Part shown: in pieces, positions 32,752 through 40,772 of the stretch
Numbering within the stretch: the first letter of the stretch is position 1
Layout: every line of letters begins with the position of its first letter
NCBI GenBank assembly: GCA_045634705.1
Contig: JAZRAU010000081.1
Coordinates: forward strand, 1 to 51,925
Reading direction: 5' to 3'
Source of the DNA: Eubacteriales bacterium
GTDB taxonomy: Bacteria > Bacillota > Clostridia > Oscillospirales > CAG-272
DNA: 51,925 bases
Position numbers and translations under genes: made by a program
The notes under the pieces: generated by a model
Told to the model about the DNA's origin: nothing
Database searches by the model: none
The model's input: only the letters and a program-made list of their open reading frames with translations

Positions 32752-33694
32752 GCTTTTTCTCGGGATCGATACGAGCAATTACACGACCTCGGCCGCCGTG
32801 GTAGATTCTGAGGGAGAGGTGCTGGCCAACGCCAAGCGTCCGCTTCCCGTGGAGGCCGGTGCGCGTGGCCTGCGCCAATCCGAGGCCGTGTTCTCGCACA
32901 TCAAAAATCTCCCCTCGCTGATGCAGGAGATCGCCGAGGTCCTTCCGGTCGGTACGCTTTCCGCCATTGGCGTTTCCGAGGCACCGCGCCGTGCAGAGGG
33001 CTCGTATATGCCTTGCTTTCTTTCCGGTGTTGCCGCCGCCGAGGCGGCCGCAGCCGCTTCGGGAGTGCCGCTCTACCGCTTTTCTCATCAATGCGGTCAC
33101 TTGGCTGCGGCGATCCTTTCCTCGGGGAAGCATGACCTTTTTGAGCGCCCCTTCGGCGCCTTTCACGTTTCGGGAGGCACCACCGAGGTCCTTTACGTAT
33201 CCTCGTATTCCGAGCATGGCTTTTCTGTCACGCTTCTCGGAGGAACCGCTGACCTGAATGCAGGTCAGCTCATTGACCGTGTGGGCGTGATGCTTGGACT
33301 TCCGTTCCCCTGCGGCCCCGCGTTAGAAGCATTGGCCGAGACCAACACCGCCCCCGTACCGCGCCCTCGCATCGCTGTTCGCGGTCTTTCCGCCAATCTT
33401 TCGGGAGCCGAAAATCAGGCCGCCGCTCTCTTTGAAAAAACGAAGAATGCGCCTCTTGTCGCGGCGTACGTTCTGGATTTTGTGGCAAAAACCCTGGCCG
33501 CCCTGACCGAAGCTCTTTTTGCGGAAAAGGGGGACCTTCCTGTGCTTTATGCGGGCGGCGTGATGTGTAACCGCCGTATCCGCCGCGCTCTGTCCCCCTT
33601 GGGCGAGACCTATTTTTCCGAGCCTGCCTTCAGCGCGGACAACGCTTCGGGAATTGCCCTTCTCACCAAAAATTGTCATGGAGGTCGCCTTTGA
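32741..33694 (+). CDS. TsaD/Kae1 (glycoprotease, peptidase M22) family paralogue, ASKHA fold
   Basis: It aligns by eye with TsaD along its full length: LGIDTSNYTTSAAVV, SHQCGHL (H-x3-H), HVSGGTTEVLY, LNAGQLIDRVGVMLGLPFPCGPALE, LYAGGVMCNRRIR and SADNASGIA. Its ATG 32741 overlaps the nusB stop, and its stop overlaps the xseA start. Confidence 0.75.
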   Translation: MRRELFLGIDTSNYTTSAAVVDSEGEVLANAKRPLPVEAGARGLRQSEAVFSHIKNLPSLMQEIAEVLPVGTLSAIGVSEAPRRAEGSYMPCFLSGVAAAEAAAAASGVPLYRFSHQCGHLAAAILSSGKHDLFERPFGAFHVSGGTTEVLYVSSYSEHGFSVTLLGGTADLNAGQLIDRVGVMLGLPFPCGPALEALAETNTAPVPRPRIAVRGLSANLSGAENQAAALFEKTKNAPLVAAYVLDFVAKTLAALTEALFAEKGDLPVLYAGGVMCNRRIRRALSPLGETYFSEPAFSADNASGIALLTKNCHGGRL

Positions 33695-34944
33695 GCATTG
33701 AGCTTTCGCCCCCCGCGGTGGGGAAGGAAGAGCCGATCACCGTATCGGCGCTGAACGAATATATCAAGGGGCTTCTTGAAGAAGACTCCGCCCTGCACCG
33801 CGTGTATCTGCGCGGTGAGATCTCGAATTTTACCAATCACAGATCGGGACACCTGTATTTTTCCCTCAAGGACGAGGGCGGCCTTATCCGGGCTGTCATG
33901 TTCCGCGGAAGCGCTGCTCACCTTGCCTTTGTACCCGAAAACGGTATGAAGGTGCTCGTCCGCGGAAGCGTCTCGCTTTTTGTGCGTGACGGCTCGTATC
34001 AGATATACGTGACCGCTATGGAGCCCGACGGTGTGGGTGCCCTGTACCTTGCCTTTGAACGCCTTAAAAAGAAGCTGGCGGCCGAGGGGCTTTTCTCTGA
34101 AGAACGCAAGCGCCCGCTTCCTAAGATCCCCTCGCGCATCGGGGTCATTACCTCGCCGACAGGGGCCGCTGTGCGAGACGTTATGAACATTCTCGGCAGG
34201 CGCTTTCCCTATGCGGAGGTCGTGCTTTCGCCCGCCCTTGTGCAAGGCGCGGATGCTCCCGCCTCTCTCATCGAGGGGCTAAGGCGTCTCAATTCCCTCG
34301 GGAATATCGACGTTATCATCATCGGCCGCGGTGGTGGCTCTATGGAGGATCTTTGGGCCTTTAACGACGAGGCGCTGGCGCGTGAGATCGCGGCATCGCG
34401 CGTGCCCGTGATCTCCGCCGTCGGTCATGAGACCGATTTTACGATTGCCGACTTTGTGGCTGACCGCCGTGCCCCTACCCCCTCGGCTGCCGCAGAGCTT
34501 GCCGTGCCCGACACCGCTGAGCTGATGCGGAAATTTCTGAATATCACAAAGCATACCGACTTGCTTTTGGCCCGGAGGATCGAGCGCGCCCGGCGCTCAC
34601 TGTCCGACCTGGCTGCGCGCCGCGCCCTCTCCGATCCTGCGGCGATCTTTACGGAGCGCCGAATGCTCCTCACTTATCTTTCCGATAAGACTGCATCGGC
34701 TATGGAGAGCCGTCTGCTTACGCTCCGCGCCGGCTTTCGGGAGGAGGCGGGACGGCTGGAGGCTATGAGTCCGCTTTCCATTTTGAAACGCGGATACAGC
34801 GTTGCCCTGGGGACGGACGGCGCCCCCAAGCGTTCGGTCACACAGCTTGAGCGTGACGAGCTCCTGACCCTCCGTCTTGATGACGGTGAGGCCACGGCGC
34901 GAGTGCTGGATACCCGGCAATTTACAGAAGGAGATATCAAATAA
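33691..34944 (+). CDS. xseA: exodeoxyribonuclease VII large subunit
   Basis: OB-fold N-terminus (VSALNEYIKGLLEEDSALHRVYLRGEISNFTNHRSGHLYFSLKD) and a catalytic core (GVITSPTGAAVRDV, IIIGRGGGSMEDLWAFN). The start is set at TTG 33691, 6 nt behind GGAGG, and the track gives TTG 33673. Confidence 0.9.
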   Translation: MSIELSPPAVGKEEPITVSALNEYIKGLLEEDSALHRVYLRGEISNFTNHRSGHLYFSLKDEGGLIRAVMFRGSAAHLAFVPENGMKVLVRGSVSLFVRDGSYQIYVTAMEPDGVGALYLAFERLKKKLAAEGLFSEERKRPLPKIPSRIGVITSPTGAAVRDVMNILGRRFPYAEVVLSPALVQGADAPASLIEGLRRLNSLGNIDVIIIGRGGGSMEDLWAFNDEALAREIAASRVPVISAVGHETDFTIADFVADRRAPTPSAAAELAVPDTAELMRKFLNITKHTDLLLARRIERARRSLSDLAARRALSDPAAIFTERRMLLTYLSDKTASAMESRLLTLRAGFREEAGRLEAMSPLSILKRGYSVALGTDGAPKRSVTQLERDELLTLRLDDGEATARVLDTRQFTEGDIK

Positions 34945-35180
34945 TGAGCGAAGCTATGACGTTTGAAGCCGCGGTCGCCCGTCTTGAGGCGATCGTTAAA
35001 TCCATGGAAGAGGGAACTCTCCCGCTGGACGATTCCCTTAAGGTTTTTGAGGAGGGCATCGGCCTTGTCCGCTTCTGCAATGCCAAGCTGGACGCCGCGG
35101 AGCAGAGGGTGAGGATCCTTCTTACCGGGGAGGACGGCAAGCTCGCCGAAAGCGACTTTGTTCCTCCTACCAAGGGCTGA
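34944..35180 (+). CDS. xseB: exodeoxyribonuclease VII small subunit
   Basis: 78 aa. It carries FEAAVARLEAIVKSMEEGTLPLDDSLKVFEEGIGLVRFC. Its start overlaps the xseA stop by 1 nt. Confidence 0.92.
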   Translation: MSEAMTFEAAVARLEAIVKSMEEGTLPLDDSLKVFEEGIGLVRFCNAKLDAAEQRVRILLTGEDGKLAESDFVPPTKG

Positions 35181-35183
35181 GCT

Positions 35184-35924
35184 GTGCGCCTTGACGTTTT
35201 TTTGACGGAGAAAGGATTTTCGCGCAGCCGCACCGAGGCGCCCCGCCTCATCGAGGCGGGGAGCGTGACGGTTTTTGGTGCTGTGCGCGACAAGCCCGCC
35301 TTTCTTTTGGAGGATGACACCGCCATCGATGCCGTCACCGTTGTGCGGGATGCCGTGCCCTTTGTCAGCCGAGGCGGTGAAAAGCTGAAGGCGGCGCTCG
35401 ATGCGTTTTCTCTGTCGCCAAAGGGGCTTTGCGCCATTGACGTCGGTGCCTCCAGCGGCGGCTTTACCGATTGCCTTTTAAGGTACGGAGCTGCCCGCGT
35501 TCTATCCGTGGACTCGGGCTGCGGACAGCTGGCCGAGTGCCTTTTGTCCGATGAACGCGTGCTTTCGTTTGAGCATTACAATGCGCGCTTTTTGGATCTG
35601 CGGGATTTTCCCGAGCAGCCGCGCTTTGCTGTTATGGACGTTTCCTTTATCTCACAGACCCTGATCCTTCCCGCGCTTGCCGATCTCCTGCCGGAGGGCG
35701 CTCCCTACGTGGGGCTTATAAAGCCTCAGTTTGAGGTGGGCCGTGCGGGGGTAGGGAAGGGCGGCATCGTCCGCGATGAAAAATTGCGGAAGGAGGCAGT
35801 CCAACATGTGATCACCTTTGCCGAGAGTGTTGGCTTTTCGCCTCTTGGCTGCATCCCGTCCCCCATTCTCGGCGGTGACGGCAATCATGAATTTCTTGCC
35901 GCTTTTATAAGGAGAGCTGTATGA
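35184..35924 (+). CDS. tlyA: TlyA-family rRNA 2'-O-methyltransferase (S4 plus FtsJ domains)
   Basis: It carries RLDVFLTEKGFSRSRTEAPRLIEAGSV, VSRGGEKL and IDVGASSGGFTDCLL. The start is GTG. Confidence 0.88.
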   Translation: MRLDVFLTEKGFSRSRTEAPRLIEAGSVTVFGAVRDKPAFLLEDDTAIDAVTVVRDAVPFVSRGGEKLKAALDAFSLSPKGLCAIDVGASSGGFTDCLLRYGAARVLSVDSGCGQLAECLLSDERVLSFEHYNARFLDLRDFPEQPRFAVMDVSFISQTLILPALADLLPEGAPYVGLIKPQFEVGRAGVGKGGIVRDEKLRKEAVQHVITFAESVGFSPLGCIPSPILGGDGNHEFLAAFIRRAV

Positions 35925-36799
35925 AAAACATTGTTGTTTTCCCTAATTCCTATAAGGATCCAAAATACGAAACGACGCGTAAGATCGTTCGTTATCTCCT
36001 CTCGTTCGGTGCGCGGATCTTCCTCTCCACCGAGCATAATATCGGTTTGAAGTCTCCCGGCATACACTATTATGACGGGGATTTTCCGAAGGAAGTGGAG
36101 ATGATCCTCGTTATCGGAGGGGACGGCTCGGTGCTGGATGCCTCGGTCTACGCCATTGGCGCGGGCGTCCCTTTGCTTGGAGTCAATCTCGGGCGCCTTG
36201 GCTATCTCGCGGAGATCGATGCCGACGAATGTGAGATCCTTTCCCGCCTCTTTACGGACGATTTTTCGATCCGCGACCACATGACCTTCCATGTCTCGCT
36301 TGTCCGTGACGGAGAGGAAATGGACCTTGTGCGCTGTGCCGTAAATGACGTGGTCATCTCACAGGCCGAGGGGGAGGGAATGTCCGAGCTCCGTCTTGAG
36401 GACGGCCACGGAAACCACCTTACCTATCTTGCTGACGGTATCATTGTGGCAACGCCTCTCGGCTCCACGGCGTATTCGCTCTCTGCGGGTGGGCCGATCA
36501 TCGATTCCTCTCTCAGCGCCATGTGCGTTACGCCGATCTGCGCCCATTCCTTGTTCTCGCGGTCTATCATTTTTCCGCCCGACATCCTCCTTTCGGTAAA
36601 AAATATATCGCATCGACAGGGAAGAATGAGAGTCTCGATCGACGGCGGAGAGAATTATACACTTCAGCCCGAGGATCTTGTCAAGATCTCGCGTTCGCAA
36701 AAGACTTTGCAGATCATCACCCTCAAAAACGAAAGTGCTGTCGGCATTCTTTGTCGTAAGATGAAGAACCTCAATCAACGCGTTGGAAAGGAAGACTGA
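35921..36799 (+). CDS. nadK: NAD+ kinase
   Basis: It carries VIGGDGSVLDA, LGVNLGRLGYL and ATPLGSTAYSLSAGGPI. Its ATG overlaps the tlyA stop. Confidence 0.92.
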   Translation: MKNIVVFPNSYKDPKYETTRKIVRYLLSFGARIFLSTEHNIGLKSPGIHYYDGDFPKEVEMILVIGGDGSVLDASVYAIGAGVPLLGVNLGRLGYLAEIDADECEILSRLFTDDFSIRDHMTFHVSLVRDGEEMDLVRCAVNDVVISQAEGEGMSELRLEDGHGNHLTYLADGIIVATPLGSTAYSLSAGGPIIDSSLSAMCVTPICAHSLFSRSIIFPPDILLSVKNISHRQGRMRVSIDGGENYTLQPEDLVKISRSQKTLQIITLKNESAVGILCRKMKNLNQRVGKED

Positions 36800-36800
36800 G

Positions 36801-37253
36801 ATGAAGAACAAAAGACAGGAAGCGATCCTCGAGCTCATTGAAAGATACGAGATCCAAAAGCAGGAGGAGCTGATCCGCCTCTTGGAGGAGCGCGGCTTTA
36901 CCGCCACTCAGGCCACTGTCTCCCGTGACATCCGCGAGCTGAAGCTTATGAAGGGCACGGGTGAGGGCGGTGTGTACAAATACGTCCTACCCAGCCGCAG
37001 ACAGAACGTGGTCCCCAAGTTCAACAGCTCCCTGACCGAATCGATCATCAAGATCGATTGCGCCGAAAACCTGATCGTCGTTAAGACCTATCCCGGCATG
37101 GCGCCGGCGGTGGCCTCATGCGTCGATACCTTCAACATTCACGAGATCGTGGGAAGCGTTGCGGGTGATGATGCTGTCCTTGTGGTGGTCCGCACGAAGG
37201 AGGATGCCTCCCTTCTGCGTGATAAGCTCCGCAAAATGATCGAAATGATGTAA
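36801..37253 (+). CDS. argR: arginine repressor
   Basis: It carries KRQEAILELIERYEIQKQEELIRLLEERGFTATQATVSRDIRELKL and the C-terminal GSVAGDDAVLVV. The start is set at ATG 36801, one nt after the nadK stop. Confidence 0.92.
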   Translation: MKNKRQEAILELIERYEIQKQEELIRLLEERGFTATQATVSRDIRELKLMKGTGEGGVYKYVLPSRRQNVVPKFNSSLTESIIKIDCAENLIVVKTYPGMAPAVASCVDTFNIHEIVGSVAGDDAVLVVVRTKEDASLLRDKLRKMIEMM

Positions 37254-37270
37254 TGGATCGGGGGAACTCT

Positions 37271-38965
37271 ATGCTGCAAGCATTGCACATCGAGAACATC
37301 GCCGTTATCCGCAGGACCGATATTGATTTTTCGGAGGGCTTTTCCGTGCTCAGCGGCGAAACGGGAGCCGGTAAGTCGATCATCATCGACTCGATCGGCT
37401 TTGTACTTGGCAACCGCGGCGGCCGTGAGCTGATCCGTACGGGGGCGGAGCGCGCCGTCGTGAGTGCCCTTTTTGCGGTCTCAAAGTCGACGGAGGAGCG
37501 CCTGCTTTCTGTCGGCGCCGAGTGTGAGGGCGGCGAGCTTCTCATTGAGCGTACCCTCTCGGCCGAAGGACGCACCACGGCCCGTATTAACGGCCGTCCC
37601 GTGACGCTCGCGCTTTTGCGGAGCGCCGCGGAGCTTCTTGTCAACATTCATGGACAAAGCGATACGCATACCCTGACGGATGATGCCAATCAACGGGAGA
37701 TCCTGGATGGGTTTGCCGATAACGCCGCCCTGCTTGCGGAATATTCGGCTGCGTACGGGGAGCTCTCGCGTCTCCGTGCGGAGATTCGCAAGATCTCTGC
37801 CGATGAGGCCGGCCGCCTGCGCGAGGTGGAAATGCTCCGCTATCAGATCGCCGACATTGAATCGCACTCTCTCCGTGAGGGGGAGGAGGAAAAGCTGGCG
37901 GAAAAGAAAAAACGCCTGCGGAGCATAGAGCGCATTTCAAAGCAGACCTCGTTTGCCTACCGTGCGCTTCGCTCGGGAGAAAAGGCTAACGTTTTGTATA
38001 TCCTTGAGCGCACCGTTACCGCGCTTGATACCCTTTCTGACGTGATCCCCGCTGTCAAGGACATTACGGCAGAGCTTATGGATTGCCGCTCCCGCATCGA
38101 GGATGCCGCCGAGAGTGTCCGCGCCCTCTCCGAGGAGGATGAGGGGGATGCCACCAAGCTTTTGAATGCGGTGGAAAATCGCCTGGCCGCCATTGAGAAG
38201 CTTGGCCGGAAATACGGTGGCTCCGTCGAAACCGTTCTCGCCTACTGTGCAAGCGCCAAGGAGCGACTGGCACTTTTGGAAAACGCCGATGTTCGTTTAG
38301 ATGAGCTGAAGGTGGCTGAGGCTGCCGCGCTTTTGAGGGCCACCGAGCTTGCGCGTAAGCTTCACGAAAAGCGCGCCGAGGCAGGGGTCGCCCTTGCCGA
38401 GCGCGTGCAGGACGTTCTTGGCTTTTTGGATATGCCCAAGGTCAGCTTCGGTGTCCTTGTGGATGAGCGCCGTGAGGGAGACGGACTGTCTCTTTTGCCA
38501 TGTGGCGGCGATGATGTGCGCTTTTTGCTCTCGGCCAACCCCGGCGAGCCTCTCTTGCCGCTTTCCGCTATTGCCTCGGGCGGTGAGCTTGCGCGCATCA
38601 TGCTGGCTATCAAGTCGGTCATATCGGACCGCGACGGCATCGGGACAGTCATTTATGACGAACTCGATACGGGCGTTTCGGGCAAGACCGCGAGAAAGAT
38701 CGGGATCGAGCTGCTTCGTTCTGCGAGGCGTGGGCAGGTGCTTTGCGTGACCCATTCGGCGCAGATCGCCTCGCTGGCCGATACCCATTACCTGATACAA
38801 AAGACAGAAAAGGACGGACGTGCGGAGACCGAGGTGGTCGCCTTAGAGGAAGAGGGACGTATCACAGAGCTATCCCGCATCCTTGGCGGTATTGAAGTGA
38901 CCGAGACCCAGCGCCGTGCGGCGTGGGAGCTGTATACCGAGAGGAGCGCTTACAAAGAGGCGTGA
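37271..38965 (+). CDS. recN: DNA repair protein RecN
   Basis: It carries LHIENIAVI, Walker A (GETGAGKSIIIDSI), a long coiled coil, the signature SGGELARIMLAIK and Walker B (VIYDELDTG). The start is set at ATG 37271. Confidence 0.94.
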   Translation: MLQALHIENIAVIRRTDIDFSEGFSVLSGETGAGKSIIIDSIGFVLGNRGGRELIRTGAERAVVSALFAVSKSTEERLLSVGAECEGGELLIERTLSAEGRTTARINGRPVTLALLRSAAELLVNIHGQSDTHTLTDDANQREILDGFADNAALLAEYSAAYGELSRLRAEIRKISADEAGRLREVEMLRYQIADIESHSLREGEEEKLAEKKKRLRSIERISKQTSFAYRALRSGEKANVLYILERTVTALDTLSDVIPAVKDITAELMDCRSRIEDAAESVRALSEEDEGDATKLLNAVENRLAAIEKLGRKYGGSVETVLAYCASAKERLALLENADVRLDELKVAEAAALLRATELARKLHEKRAEAGVALAERVQDVLGFLDMPKVSFGVLVDERREGDGLSLLPCGGDDVRFLLSANPGEPLLPLSAIASGGELARIMLAIKSVISDRDGIGTVIYDELDTGVSGKTARKIGIELLRSARRGQVLCVTHSAQIASLADTHYLIQKTEKDGRAETEVVALEEEGRITELSRILGGIEVTETQRRAAWELYTERSAYKEA

Positions 38966-38966
38966 G

Positions 38967-39878
38967 ATGCAAAAGACACTGGCACGTGTCCTTTCCGAGC
39001 TTTCCCCTGAGGACTTTGAGGTTCTCATCGATTACCCTCTGGCAAAACTTACGACCTTCCGCATCGGCGGACCCGCGGCAGCCCTCGTGCTTCCTGAGAG
39101 CGAGGATGCCCTTTGCCGCCTCTTGTCGCTCCTTGACAGGGAAGGCGTTGCCCGTACCGTTCTTGGAAACGGAAGCAATATTCTCGCCTCCGACGAGGGG
39201 TATGCGGGCGTTGTCATTCTGACGCGTAAGCTACATTATTTTTCAATTTCAGAGCAAACTATCACGGCAAGCGCCGGGGCCTCGCTTTCGGCACTCTGTC
39301 GCGCCGCCACGCGCCGCGGAATTTCAGGATTTTCACCACTTGTCGGAGTTCCCGCCACCCTGGGAGGAGCGCTTTTTATGAATGCGGGCGCTCACGGCGC
39401 CACAATCGGGGAGCGCGTCCTTTGCGTCCGTGCCGTTCCAAGTGCAGGCGGCGCACCGCTGTCCCTTTCTCAAGGGGAGTGCCATTTTGACTATCGCACC
39501 AGTGCTTTTTCAAGGCGCGGTCTTGTCATTCTCGGTGCTGATCTTTGGGGAGAGAGGTCGGAAAGCCACAGGCTTTTAGCCGAGGAAGAACGGGCCGTGG
39601 CCCACCGCCGTGCCACACAGCCCCTGCACCTGCCAAGCGCAGGGAGCGTTTTTCGCCGCCCGCCGGGCGATTATGCCGGGCGCCTCATCGAGGCGGCAGG
39701 CCTGAAGGGCCTTTCTGTCGGTGGGGCACAGGTATCCCCCCTTCACGCGGGGTTTATCGTAAATACGGGCGGTGCGACCGCTGCCGACGTCAAGGAGCTT
39801 GTGCGCATCGTGACCGAGACGGTCAGGGAGCGCTTTGGTGTTACCTTGCAGCGTGAAATCGAGTATTTGGGAGAATGA
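38967..39878 (+). CDS. murB: UDP-N-acetylenolpyruvoylglucosamine reductase
   Basis: It carries TFRIGGPAA, LGNGSNIL, NAGAHG and PSAGSVFRRP. The start is set at ATG 38967, 1 nt after the recN stop. Confidence 0.93.
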   Translation: MQKTLARVLSELSPEDFEVLIDYPLAKLTTFRIGGPAAALVLPESEDALCRLLSLLDREGVARTVLGNGSNILASDEGYAGVVILTRKLHYFSISEQTITASAGASLSALCRAATRRGISGFSPLVGVPATLGGALFMNAGAHGATIGERVLCVRAVPSAGGAPLSLSQGECHFDYRTSAFSRRGLVILGADLWGERSESHRLLAEEERAVAHRRATQPLHLPSAGSVFRRPPGDYAGRLIEAAGLKGLSVGGAQVSPLHAGFIVNTGGATAADVKELVRIVTETVRERFGVTLQREIEYLGE

Positions 39879-40753
39879 GCATGTCCTATTCCTCCGACCT
39901 CAAGAAGCAGCTTGCCGAAAAAGAGGTCAAAAAGAAGTGCTGCCGCCGTGCGCTCCTTTACGGCATGCTGGCTGTGCGCGGTGTTTTGAAGGAAGGCAAA
40001 GTTTTCTTGACACTTGAAGGGGAGAGCGTTGCCCCGCTGGCAGCCGAGCTTTGCCGTGCTGTCGGCGTCGAGGCGCGCATCACTCCCATAGCCTCGCGCT
40101 TTTCGCGGGCGGCCCTTGTTTTTTCGTCAGATACCGTTGCCGGCTATCTCGCCGACGGTGAGGTGGCCCTCCCCCGGGGAGAGACGCTTTGCCCACAATG
40201 TTCGGTCCATTTTTTGCGCGGTGTGTTCCTGGCCGCCGGGCGCATCTCGGATTTCAAAAAGCTCTATCGTCTTGAATTCTCGGCAAGAGAGAGGACCGAG
40301 GCACTTTACAGCCTTCTTTCCGAGGAGGCGAGGCCCCCAAAAAGGACACTCCGCCGTGGGGAGCCGATCCTCTACTATAAAACGAATACCGACATCTGCG
40401 ATTTTATGGCGGTCATCGGTGCGGAGAGCGCCGCCTTTGATCTCATCAATGACAGCATTGAGGCGGGCTACCGCAATGCCGCCAATCGCCGCGCCAACTG
40501 TGAGACAAGAAACATCGAGCGCTCGGTGGAGGCATCGATGCGCTTTGTACATACCTATCGCCGATTGGCGGAGGCGGACAAGCTTTCACTTTTGCCCGAG
40601 GAGCTTCAGGAGACGGCACGGCTTCGTGCCGAAAATCCGACGGTTTCGCTTTCGGTGCTGGGGGCCAGACACTCTCCGCCCATTACCAAGTCGGGCATGA
40701 ACCACCGCCTCGAAAGGATCATGCGCCTTTCTGAGGAAATTCTTAAAAAGTAA
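39875..40753 (+). CDS. whiA: DNA-binding sporulation/cell-division regulator WhiA
   Basis: It carries CCRRALLYGML, LAGLIDADG-like degenerate domains (FLRGVFLAAGRISD) and a C-terminal HTH (LGARHSPPITKSGMNHRLERI). Its ATG overlaps the murB stop. Confidence 0.9.
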   Translation: MSMSYSSDLKKQLAEKEVKKKCCRRALLYGMLAVRGVLKEGKVFLTLEGESVAPLAAELCRAVGVEARITPIASRFSRAALVFSSDTVAGYLADGEVALPRGETLCPQCSVHFLRGVFLAAGRISDFKKLYRLEFSARERTEALYSLLSEEARPPKRTLRRGEPILYYKTNTDICDFMAVIGAESAAFDLINDSIEAGYRNAANRRANCETRNIERSVEASMRFVHTYRRLAEADKLSLLPEELQETARLRAENPTVSLSVLGARHSPPITKSGMNHRLERIMRLSEEILKK

Positions 40754-40772
40754 ACGAAAAGGAGGGATACGC

